A stretch of DNA of 64,000 bases. Source: Lama guanicoe (taxonomy: Eukaryota). The stretch is from contig MU054187.1 in the NCBI GenBank assembly GCA_013239625.1, forward strand, positions 12,565,325 to 12,629,324, given 5' to 3'. Below are positions 25,003 through 36,412 of the stretch, in pieces. The number at the start of each line of letters is the position of its first letter. The stretch's first letter is position 1. A program made the position numbers and the translations under genes. The notes beneath the pieces were generated by a model, which was not told the DNA's origin, ran no database searches, and saw nothing but the letters and a program-made list of their open reading frames with translations.

Positions 25003-27567
25003 CCAACCACAATGGTATGAAACTGAAAATAAATTACAAGAAGAAAACTGGAAAAAACACAAACACATGGAGACTAAACAATATGCTACTAAAAAATCAA
25101 TAAGTTAATGAAGAAATCAAAGAGGATATCTGAAAATACCTTGAGACAAATGAAAGTAAAAACACAACTTTCCAAAACCTGTGGAACACCTAGGTTATAA
25201 TAAACCACCAAACTTTCCAACTAAAGAATTAGAAAAAGAACAAACAAAGCAAAAAATTAGCAGGATAAAGGAAATAATAATGATCAGAAATGAAATAAGT
25301 GAAATAGAGAAAAAAATAGAAAATACGAAACTAAGAGCTGTTTTTAAAAAAGACAAAATTGGTAAACCTTTTGCTAGATGCATCAAGAAACAAAGACAGA
25401 GGGCCTAAATAAATAAAAGAAGACCTAAAAGAGGAGAAGTTACAATTGATATCACAGGGATAAAAACAATTATAAGAGATTAATATAAACAGTTAGATGC
25501 CAACAAATTGGACAGCCTAGAAGAAATGAATAAATTTTGAGAAACATATAATCTTCCAAGACTGGATCAAGAAGAAATAGAAAATCTGAACAAACTGATT
25601 ATTAATAATGAAATTGAGTCAGTAATTGAAAAACTCTACTCCCAACAAACAAAAGTGCAGGACCAGATGGTTTCACAGGGGAATTCTACCAAACATCAAA
25701 AATATAAAGAAGAATTAATACTTATCTTTCTCAAACTATTTGAAAAAAATTGAAGAGGCAGGAACACTTCCAAACTCATTCTAAAAGGCCAGCATTACCA
25801 AAACCAGACAAAAACACTAGGAAAAAAAAAAAAGAAAATTATAGGCCAATCTCCCTGATAAACATAGATGGAAAAGTCCTCAACAAACTATTAGCAAACT
25901 GAACTCAACAATATGTTAAAAGGGGGATCATGATCAAGTGGGACTTGTTCTAGGGATACAAGTATAGTTCAATATTCATAAGTCAATCAACATGAAATAT
26001 TGCATTAACAAAATGAAGGATAAAAATTGCATGATCACCTCAATAAATGCAGAAAAACCATTTGGCAAGATTCAACATCCATTTATGATAAACTCAACAA
26101 TGTTGATACAGAGGGAACATATCTCTACATAATAATGATGAAAAACTGAAACTCTTTCCTCTAAGATCAGGAATAAGACAAAGATGCCAACTCTTGTCAC
26201 TTCTATTTAACATAGTATTGTAAGTTCTAGCGATAAGAAATAGATAAAAAGAAAGAAAAAGGCATCCAAATTGAAGGGAAGAAGTCAAACTGTCACTATT
26301 TGCAGATGACATGATACTATACATAGAGAATTGTAAAGAAGTCACCAAAAGACTACTAGAGCTCATCCATGAATTTGGTAAAGTTGCAGGATAGAAAATT
26401 AATATACAAATATCTGTTGCATTTCTATGCATTAATAATGAACTATCAGAAAGATAAATTAAGGAAACAATTGCATTTACAATTGAATCAGAAAGAATAA
26501 AATACCTAGGAATAAATTTAACCAAGGAGGTGAAAGACCTGTACTCTGAAAACTATAAATCATTGATGAAAATAATTGAAAGTGACACAAATAAAAAGAA
26601 AGATATCTTATGTTCATGGGTTGGAAGAATTAATATTGTTAAAATGTCCATACTGCTTAAAGCAATCTGTAGATTCAGTGCAATTCCTATCAAAATAACA
26701 ATGGCATTTTCCCACAGAACTATAACATATAATCCTAAAATTTGTGTGGAATCTCAAAAGACTGCAAATAGCCAAAGAAATCTTGAGAAAGAAGAACAAA
26801 GGTGGAAGTATCACACTCCCTGATTCCAAACTATATTACAAAGCTACAGTAATCAAAATAGTATGGTACTGATACAAAAACAGACACATAGATCAATGGA
26901 CCAGAATAGAGAGCCCAGAAATAAACCAGCACACATATTGTTGATTAATCTATCACAAAGGAGATTAGAATATACAATGGGGAAAAGAGAGTCTCTTCAA
27001 AAAGTGGTGTTTGGAACACTGGACAGCTACATGTAAAAGAATGAAACTAGAACATTTTCTTGCACAATATACAAAAAGAAACTCAAGATGAATTAAAGAC
27101 TTAAATGTAAGACCTGAAACTATGAAAGTCCTAGAGTAATGACCAACAGGCATATGAAAAGAAGCTCAACATTGCTAATCATTGTGGAAATACAAATCAA
27201 AACAGCTATGATATATCACCTTACACCTTTCAGAATGGCTATCATCAAAAAGAACACAGATGACAAATATTGGTGAGGATGTGGAGAAAAGAGAACCCTG
27301 GTACACTGTTGGTGGGAATGTATATTGGTGCAGTCACTATGGAAAACAGTATAGAGGTTCCTCAAAAAATTAAAAATAGAACTACCATATAATCCAGCAG
27401 TTCCACTTCTGGGTATTTACCCAAAGAAAAATGAAAATACTAATTTGAAAAGATATATACACTCCAATGTTCACAGCAGCATTATTTACAATAGCCAAGA
27501 TACAGAAGTAACATAAGTGCCCAACAACAAATGAATAGATAAAGAAGATATGGTGTATGTGTGTGAG

Positions 27568-27599
<32 letters not shown>

Positions 27600-28090
27600 T
27601 ATAAATACATAAGTGGACTATTACTTAAAAGATTACAATATAGGATAATATTATCATACTATAATAATATATAATATAAAAAAGAATAAGATCTTGCCAT
27701 TGTGACATCATGGATGGATCTGGAGGGTATTATGCTTAGTGAAATCAGTCAGACAGAGAAAGACAAATACAATGTGTTTTCACTTATAAGTGGACTCTAA
27801 AGAACAAAACAAATGAATAAATATAACAAATCAGAAATGGACTCAGGTACAAAGAATAAACTAATGATTACCATATGAGGAGTGAAGGGAGGGGGAAATG
27901 GAAGGACATTAAGAGGCACAAATTACCAGTTATAAAATAAATAAATTACAGGGATGTAATGTTACAGCCCAGGGAATATAGTCAATATTTTATAATAACT
28001 GTATGGTGTGTAATCTGTAAAAATATCAAATCACTATGTTACACACCTGAAACTAATACAGTATTGTAAGTGGACTATATTTCAAAAAAA
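25003..28090 (+). mobile_element. L1MA9-like LINE-1, 5'-truncated, ORF2 to 3' end, degraded, with internal deletions (~25195, ~27137) and (TA)n at ~27568-27594
   Basis: RT motif FADD at 26299-26310; ORF-track peptide [13 protein letters not shown]...[13 protein letters not shown]; 3' end 'cacctgaaactaatacagtattgtaagtggactatatttcaaaaaaa'. Confidence 0.92.
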
Positions 28091-28853
28091 CCTGTCTTTC
28101 ACTCAGCATAATCATTTGAGAGTTATTCATGTATCAGTAGTTTATTATTTTTAATGATGAGTATTTTATTGTACCACATTTTGTTTATCCATTTGTGCAT
28201 TGATGGGCATTTGAGTTGTGTCCAGTTTTTGGCTTTTCAAATAAAGCTGTTTCAAACATTTGTGTACAAGTCTTTGTATAAACATGTATTTCCTTTCCCT
28301 TGAGTAAATACCTCTGAGTGGAATGGCTGGTTATATGTTTAACATTTTAAGAAACTGACAAACTGCTTTCCAAAACGGTTGTATCATTGTATATTTCTAC
28401 CAGCAGTGCATGAGATTTTCAGTTGTTCCATGTCTTTGTCAACACTTGATGTCTTCATTTTGTTGATACTGGATGCTCTGATGTACAGTGATCTCTCATT
28501 ATGATTTTAATTTGGGTCTTATTAATGATGAATGATGATAAGCATCTCTTGATATGCTTATTGCCATCATATCTTCTTTGGTGACGTGTCTGTTCAAATC
28601 TTTTGTTCACTTAAAAATATAGATTGCTTTTTTTCATATTGAATTTTGAGAGTCCTTTATGTATTCTGGATACAAGTCCCTTATCAGATACGTACTTTGT
28701 AAAGGTTTCTCCCAGTCTATGGCTTGTTTTGTCATTCTCTTAACAGAGTCTTTTGAAGAGTTGAAGTTTTTAATTTTGGTGCAGTCCAATTGATCAATTT
28801 ATTCTTTTATGGATTATTGTTTTTGTTTCATATCAAAGAAATCTTAGCCTCAT
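28091..28853 (-). mobile_element. L1MC/MD-type LINE-1 fragment (ORF2 end/3' UTR)
   Basis: 'ctttcactcagcataat...ctggatacaagtcccttatcagatac...aagaaatcttagcctcatcc'. Confidence 0.8.
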
Positions 28854-28932
28854 CCAGGGATTAGTGAACCTGTAGTCCAAATCTGACCTGATAATTATTT
28901 TTACATGGTCTGTGGGTTAAGAGTTTTTCATT

Positions 28933-30105
28933 AGAAATTTTTATTGAGATAACTGTAGGCTCTTCAAAAAGATACATGCACCCCACTGTTCATAGCAGCA
29001 CTATTTACAATAGCCAAGACATGGAAACAACCTAAATATCCATCGACAGATGACTGGATAAAGAAGTTATAGTATATTTATACAATGGAATACTACTCAG
29101 CCATAAAAACTGACAACATAACACCGTTTGCAGCAACATGGATGCTCCTGGAGAATGTCATTCTAAGTGAAGTAAGCCAGAAAGAGAAAGAAAAATACCA
29201 TATGAAATTGCTCAATGTGGAATCTGAAAAAAAAAACACAAACAAAGCATAAATACAAAACAGAAATAGACTCATAGACATAGAATACAAACTTGTGGTT
29301 GCCAAGGGGGCGGTGGGTGGGAAGGGATAGACTGGGATTTCAAAATTGTAGAATAGATAAACAAGATTATACTGTATAACACAGGGAAATATATACAAGA
29401 TCTTATGGTAGCTCATGGAGAAAAAAATGTGACAATGAATATATATGTTCATGTATAACTGAAAAATTGTGCTCTACACTGAAATTTGACACAACATTGT
29501 GAAATGATTATAAATCAATAAAAAATGTTAAAAAAAAGAAAGAGAAAGAAAAATACCATATAATGTCACTTACATGTGGAATCTAAAAAAAGACAAATGA
29601 ACTCATTTAAAAACAGAAACAGACAGACATAGAAAATAAACTTATGGTTACTGGAGGGGAAGAGGGTGGGAAGGGATAAACTGGGAGTTTGAGATTTGCA
29701 AATACTAACTAATATACACAATAGATAAACAACAAATTCATACTGTATAGTACAGGGAACTATATTCAGTATGTTATAGTAACTTATGGTGAAAAGGAAT
29801 ATGAAAACAAATATATATGTGTTCATGTGTGACTGAAGCATTATGCTGTACACCAGAAATTGACACAACATTGTAAATTTACCATACTTCAATTAAAAAA
29901 ATATACATATAAAAAGAAAAAAGATAACTGTAGGTTCATGTACAGTTATAACAAACAATAAAGAGGCATCCATGTAAACTTTCTTTAATTTCTCCCAATG
30001 GTAGGTGTTTGCAAAACAGTATAGTTTAATATCACAACAAAAATATTGATATAATCTGCAAACCTTTTTCAGATTTTCACAGTTTTACCTGTACTCATTT
30101 GTGTG
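28933..30105 (-). mobile_element. L1MD-type 3' end (28933-28959 plus 29935-30105) split by a younger L1 insertion
   Basis: 'tttttattgagataactgtagg|ttcatgtacagttataacaaacaat...ttctcccaatggta...ttcagattttcacagttttacctgtactcatttgtgtg'. Confidence 0.75.
28960..29921 (+). mobile_element. Camelid-type L1 insertion holding two tandem L1 3' ends (~28963-29536 and ~29537-29921)
   Basis: TSD agataactgtagg at 28947-28959 and 29922-29934; two separate 3' UTR plus A-tail units. Confidence 0.9.
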
Positions 30106-30778
30106 GGTAAATGTGTCTTTACATTTTAAACTAGTTAAAAAAATCAAAATAATATTTTTTGACATATTAATATTAAATGAAATTCACATTTCAGTGTCTG
30201 TAAGTAAAGCTTTATTGGTGCATAGCCACATCCTTTCATTTATGATTATCTGTGACTCTGTGATAGCAGAATGGATAGTTGTGACAGAAACCATATGTGG
30301 TGATCTCTTTGCCTCCCACTGCTGCTCAGTGCACTATAAATTGCAGTGATGCAGTTACAACTTGACAACATTTTGTGTACCACATATCACTGTACCATGG
30401 CATTATATTTACTGTTTTAATTACAAGGGTATTCCTGTCATGTCACAATAAGAAAGAAGAGAAAACTTGACTTTGAATATAATACTTTTAAGGCATAGTG
30501 GAGTTTAATGATTTAAATTAATAATTTGTTAAGAAATTAGATGGTAACGGATTTATTTATTGTGAAATGACTCATTAACTGTGCTGAAAGAATGCAATAT
30601 ACCTTGACATTAGCATACTATTCATCACAATATTCCCAACTCATAGGAAAGAGGAAAAATTAGAAAATTTAACATGAAATATCTCATCATGGCAAATTTT
30701 TTTTCCCAAAAATAAAAACATGAGGCTGCAACCAAAGTAAGTTTTCAAGTGATCCATTAGTTAGCCAAGCAAGGATTT

Positions 30779-31510
30779 CTTTTCTTTTTTTTTTTTAATT
30801 AAAATACAGTCAGAATGTGTTCATTTCTGGTATACAGCCTACTATTTCAGTCATACACATACATATATTCATTTTCATATTCTTTTTCATTATAGATTAC
30901 TACAAGATATTGAACATAGTTCCCTGTGCTATATAGAAGAAATCTGTTCTTTTGATCTATTTTATGTGTAGTTGTTAGTATTTGCAAATCTCGAACTTCC
31001 AATTTATCCCTTCCTACTCTTACCCCCTGATAACCATAGGTTTGTTAACTATATTTGTGAGTCTGTTTCTGTTTTGTAGATATGTTCATTAGTGTCTTTT
31101 TTTTTTTTTTGATTCCACATGTTAGTGATATTATGTGGTATTTTTCTTTTTCTTTCTGGCTTACTTCACTTGGAATGTTGATCTCCAAATCCACCCATGT
31201 TGCTACAAATGGCATTATTTTATTTTTTTTTATGGCTAAGTAATAGTCTGTTGTATAAATATACCACAACTTCTTTATCCAGTCATCTGTTGATGGACAT
31301 TTAGGTTGTTCCCATGTCTAGGCTATTGTATATAGTGCTGCTATCAACATTTCGGTGCATATATATGTGTTTTTGAATTTGAGTTCCGTTCCATTTATCC
31401 ATATGTCTGTTTTTGTGCCGATATCATGCTGTTTGTTTAGTGTAGCTTTGTAGTTTTGTCTGAAGTCTGAGAGGGTTATTCCTCCAGCTTCATTATTTTT
31501 CTTTAGTATT
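30779..31510 (-). mobile_element. Camelid-type L1 3' end with internal deletion, inserted in the Cheshire transposase
   Basis: Perfect 15-bp TSD gccaagcaaggattt at 30764-30778 and 31511-31525; poly(T) at ~30781-30796. Confidence 0.92.
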
Positions 31511-32854
31511 GCCAAGCAAGGATTTGTGATGGTGAATTAATTAAATCTTATTTGTAGCACTTAGAAAGAAGAAATATGTCCAGAGAAAGCATTTGTTTAA
31601 GATTATTAGTTGTTTGGCAAAAGTGGTTGCTTGGAGTTGAGGACATTAGGAGGAACATCAGTAGTCAGTTAAAAAACAAGGCAACTGATTTCAAGTGGGT
31701 TTCCTTGGTTCTTGAAGAGTTGAAAAATACTACTGATATTCCTTAATTGTTATGGTTTATTCAAAGAATTAATACTAAGTTTGAAAGGATAAAGCAGCAG
31801 CCCTCTGAAAAGTCTGCAAGGAGCAACTACCAGTGAGAATGTTTTCAAATAAGTTATGGAAACACTAATTTAGTACAACCTGAGGATGGTATCTGCTAAA
31901 ATGTGTTACAAATGATGATAATAAAAACATGAATGAAACAGGAAAGATTTGGTTGAACAAATTAACAAAGCTTTTGAAAATAAAAATTGTTTTAAGCCTT
32001 TGGTTATTTGGTGGTACTTTGCAGGAAGTATTTGAATCTGTTATTTGTTTTTGAACCCGCAGTGTTAACAGTGAACTTCATTCACTCGTACGGGTTTAAT
32101 CATTGTGAGTTCTGGGAATTTTTGTCAGAAACAGAAGCAGAATATCCTAGCTTGCCCTTGCACACAATGGTTCAATGTTTCAGCAGTGCTAATATTTTAC
32201 TGTGATTTTTTGAGTTCTGGGCTAAGACTGAAATGTTTTTGAAAGTGAAGAACTTTGAATTGTTACTATCAAACACCGAGTGGCTTTGGAAATTAGCTTT
32301 TGCTGCAGCTTAATGAAGTTTATTAATGAATTCAACCCAAAATTATAAGAAAAACAGTGCTTACGTAAGTAACTTATAATGAGGCAGAGTCATTTTGGTT
32401 TTTGTTTTTTGAATCTCTAGTAATGTCAAGCTTCTTTACACTTCCTATACTGTCCAAAGTTAAAATAAGAAATGAGACTTTCATTCCTATACAAATTTAT
32501 AGCAGGTATCTGTTTCAGAAGCATTTTTTAGATTATAATGCAAATGCAAAAGAAATTCCATGTTTTAAAATCCATTTAACTGTGCAACTTGGGAGCTTCC
32601 ACCTAATCCTCAATTAGAAGTAATTAATCTGCAATGTAATAATGTGCTGTAAGGAAAATACCAAGAAAATAACTAATGGAATTCCAAAAGTGCCTTCCAA
32701 GTGATGAATATACTCAATTAAAATCATATGGTTATGGATTACTATCAGTATTTGGTAGTACCTATCTCTGTGAAAGACATTTTCAAAGATAAATATCTGT
32801 AAAATCTCATTACAGATCATTATAGATTAGCATTAAAAGATGTACATTTGCAAT

Positions 32855-33376
32855 TTTTTAAATTTATTTTTTATATTAAGATATTATTCACATATAAAAT
32901 TAATCATTTTAAAGTGTATACATAAGTAGTTTTTAGTATTTTCACAAGATTGTACAATTACTATCTAACTCTAGAACATTTACATCAGCACCAAAAGAAA
33001 CGCCATACCTATTAGCAGTCGCTAATTTGCCCCTTCTTCCAACACTATTTACTTTCTATCTCTATGGATTTGCTTATTCTGAACATTTCATATAAATGAA
33101 ATCATTTATGTGACCATTTGGTTTCTTTCACTTAGCATAACGTTTTCAAGGTTCATCCAGTTGTAGCATGTTTTAGTACTTCATTCTTCTGGTTGAATTA
33201 CATTCCATTATATGGATATACCACATTTGTTTATCAACTTATTAGTTGATGGGAACTTTGGCTGTTTCTGCTCTTTTTGTTATTATGAATAATGCTCCTA
33301 TGATTGTGGACAAAATTTTGTTTGAACATTGATTTTCAATTCTATTGGGTATATATATATGCCTCACATGGAATTT
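32855..33376 (-). mobile_element. L1MB7/8-like LINE-1 3' end
   Basis: 'cacatataaaattaatcattttaaagtgtata...ctagaacatttacatcagcaccaaaagaaac'. Confidence 0.8.
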
Positions 33377-33419
33377 TTAATCCCTATCTCCATCTTGCCA
33401 TCCTTTCTGGTACCTATTC

Positions 33420-34510
33420 TTCCTTCTCCTTCTAAGTAAATGGCATCATCATTTAAGGCAGAAACCTAGGGCCATTTGTATTTTATCCCTCTCCCTCAAC
33501 CTTCACCACCTTCCTTCAATCCATCAGAAAGATTTGCAAAGTTTGTCTCCAAAATATATCTTTACTTTTTAAAAAATTGAAGTATAGTTGATTTACAACG
33601 TTGTGTTCGTTTCTCGTGTATATTGAGTTATACAGTGACTGAGTTATATGAGTAGGTCAGACAGAGAAAGACAAATATCATATGATATCACTTATCTATG
33701 TGTAATCTAAAAAAGACACAAATGAACTTATTTCCAAAATACATCTTGAATGTGTTTACATTTCTCCATCTCAGCTGCCATTATCTTAGTCCATCCACCA
33801 CCATCACTTCTTGCATAAACTACAACAGTGGCATCATATTGGTATTTTTTTTCTTGTCTCTTCTCCTTCCAGTCCATTTCCATATACCAATGAGGAGAGC
33901 AGATGATCTCTTAAAAATGTAAGTAGGTTATGTTAGTCTTCAGCTTAAAACATTTGACTACTTTCCCAATATATTTATTTATAAATGAAAACCTTTGTGT
34001 CATGGACTACAAAGACTTACATGCTCTACTCTGCAGTACTTACCTTTATAATGTCAGTGTTCTTCTCTTTGTTCCTGTGTTCCTATGGTCTCCTCTCAGG
34101 TCTTTAGATACCATTCTCTTTTATGTTTTAGCACTTTTGCTCAGGTCATCTACTTGGGATGCTTCTTCATATAATTTTTATATGATTATCTCTTTTTCAG
34201 CTTAAATCCTCAGAAAGTCCTTCCCTGGTTATCCTATCTAAAAATCATTCTCCATCTAAGTATTATTATTTCCTGTTTTAGAGCATTATTTATTTATTTT
34301 TCTTTTGTAGCATCTTTCTTACCTTATAATTACATTCTTTTAATTTAACAATGTGTCTGTTTATTGACTTTCTCTTGCCTAGACTCTAATCTTCACGAGT
34401 GGAGAGATTATGACTTTTATTAACTGTAATAAACCAACACTTAAACTATGACCATTTACCACCATAAACTAGTGTCTGGAACTATTTGTTAAATGAATGA
34501 TTGAATGAAC
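33420..34510 (+). mobile_element. L2 LINE 3' region
   Basis: 'gtaaatggcatcatc...gaaacctaggg', 'ccttccctgg...tatctaaa', terminal 'tatttgttaaatgaatgattgaatgaa'. Confidence 0.75.
33563..33732 (-). mobile_element. Short L1 insertion with 5' inversion inside L2
   Basis: TSD tccaaaatatatctt (33548-33562) / tccaaaatacatctt (33733-33747); antisense 3' tail then sense block 'gtcagacagagaaagacaaatatcatatgatatcactta...aatgaacttatt'. Confidence 0.85.
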
Positions 34511-35449
34511 CTATCTAAAGAACCTTAGAGATTCTGGAGAAATCTATGAAATCTGGGGGGCAAATGGCCATATGTATTGGTAGCATTAGATAACATTTGT
34601 GCTGGGTCATGCAGAATACATTTGACAGTCTGCGACTTTCGTTTGCATTAAATTCCTATAGGGAAATGTAACTGGGGATTGAGTGGTCCTAGAGATTGTG
34701 CCATTTTGACATACCTTGCTAAGTCATTACTAGAGAATTGGGTTACACACTGGCCTATTGACGTGTGTGGTTGCAGTTTGGCAAGGCCAAGTCCATGGCT
34801 GGCCATCTGTGTCTTAGGTCCTTCTTTAGCTCTGGAATGGTGAGACAAAAACACTCCTGTCTTTCTAAAGCTGATGAAGAACAGACTTCTTCCCTGGAAT
34901 GGGGCCGAATGGTAATGCGCCTCCAAGGACTGACTGAGTAAACCTTCAGAGCAAGGTACAGTCAAAGCTGATTAAAATCACACTATTTCATAACACTGCT
35001 TACAGGCAAAGACATACACCAGGAAGCTGTGAAGAAAAAGAGCTGGCTGTCCAACCAGCGGCAGCCTGGATCTGTTCTCTCACCCCTGGAGCTGTTTGTT
35101 TAGCACTGCATGGAAACAGATTTCCTGGTTTGTCTATTACATTTCCAGCTTCCCCTCTGTGTCTGACTTATTGATAAGATGCCTGTGGATGTCTAGGAGT
35201 TTTCCACCTTGAGACTGAAAGTTGAGATAACACTCCTGTTTCTCTGTTGCTTCCTTGAAAGAAAATATTTAATGATATCTTTGGAAAATTGAGAAAAAGA
35301 ATCAGACTTCTTAGAAGTCTTCAGTTTGTTATTAACATCTGAAGAGTTGCCACTCTTTCCCTTGAGAGACTGGACTATATTTCCAGGAAGCTGTCTACTG
35401 GTGTTCTTGTATTCAGTCTTTTCTGAGGGGTGATGAAAAGAGTGTTGTT

Positions 35450-35662
35450 CCTGGAATTTAAAGAAGGGTTCAAATTATGACTCTGTCACTTAACAATTTG
35501 AAGACTTTGGGAAAGTCACTTAACATCTCTGAGCCTCAATTAGGTAAAATGAAAATAACAGCTGCTCTACCTAGCTTGTAGGGTTGTTTTAAGAATCAAA
35601 TAAAATAACGGATATGAAGGTGCTTTGTATCCTGTAAAGCTCTTTGCAAATGTAAAGTACTG
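35450..35662 (+). mobile_element. MIR SINE
   Basis: 'gggttcaaattatgactctgtcactta...tttgggaaagtcacttaacatctctgagcctca'. Confidence 0.8.
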
Positions 35663-36373
35663 TTGTCCTTGCCAGGGCTTTTTTTCTCCTTTCGTTAAAG
35701 AAAATGTTGACATTCTCCAATTGTTAGCTAATCATTCCTCTAGGGCCATACTTTTTTTGCAGACAGAGCAGGTGTCAGGCTCTATGATGAGATTTGAAGG
35801 AAAGTGGAGAAGAAACCCTAGGGTCTTTTAAGTGACCTTCCAGCCTTCAAAGAAAGGAAGGCTGGCTCATATAAAAACCTTTTTCTTGTCATGTCTCTTC
35901 CACCAAGGCCCTTAAGGAAGTACAAATTCTGAGAGAAACCATATACTTGGAAGAATGTCATTGGTATGTACAAATCAAAGGGGGATTATAAATGCATTAA
36001 TTTAATAGACTTAACCCATTGCTTCATTATAAATGAAAACATGTATCAACCCGATTTAAAATCAGTTTAGTTCATTGTATTGCATAATATTTTAAATGTC
36101 TTTTTTTCCAAGCAACAGTATTTTGATTAAAAGCAGTCTTATTTTTGTCTCTAAATTTCATCAGGACAGTTTTGATGGTTTAATTATAGCTTGTCCATTT
36201 ATCATAATTGTCATAAAAGATCTTGTCAAAATTATTTCATGTAGTTTGGAAGAACAAGAATATTTGTGTCCATGAGTAATACAAGTAGGAGATTAAGGAT
36301 TCTTTTCCTTATATTTGAATTTGCTAATTTTCCCCAAACTATTACACCATTTATATTTGCCTCAAAACTTAGA

Positions 36374-36412
36374 GAAAGCACCGAATCCTAACCACTAGAC
36401 CACTAGGGAGCG
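36374..36412 (-). pseudogene. Tailless retrocopy of the 5' half of tRNA-Glu
   Basis: Minus strand 36409-36374 reads TCCCTAGTGGTCTAGTGGTTAGGATTCGGTGCTTTC, 33/36 identical to recalled mammalian tRNA-Glu nt 1-36 and ending at the anticodon; perfect 12-bp TSD tcaaaacttaga at 36362-36373 and 36413-36424; no poly(A). Confidence 0.9.

Larger units (their letters stand above)
28854..32853 (+). mobile_element. Cheshire/MER58-family hAT-Charlie transposon fossil with decayed transposase, interrupted by L1 insertions; right TIR not found
   Basis: MER58B-like end (28854-28930, resuming ~30115); transposase remnants from ATG at 30440: VNFIHSYGFNHCEFWEFLSETEAEYPSLP (ORF 32008-32205), WLWKLAFAA (32281-32307), FGSTYLCE (32751-32774). 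Confidence 0.82.

Noticed and set aside
25003..28090. Active L1 ORF2
   Set aside because: 5'-truncated, many stops and frameshifts, internal deletions.
30440..32853. Domesticated transposase gene (GTF2IRD2/ZBED-like)
   Set aside because: Numerous stops and frameshifts plus an L1 insertion in the ORF.
36374..36409. Functional tRNA-Glu gene or CHR-type SINE
   Set aside because: Only the 5' half is present with no B box; no SINE body or tail; it matches tRNA-Glu itself.
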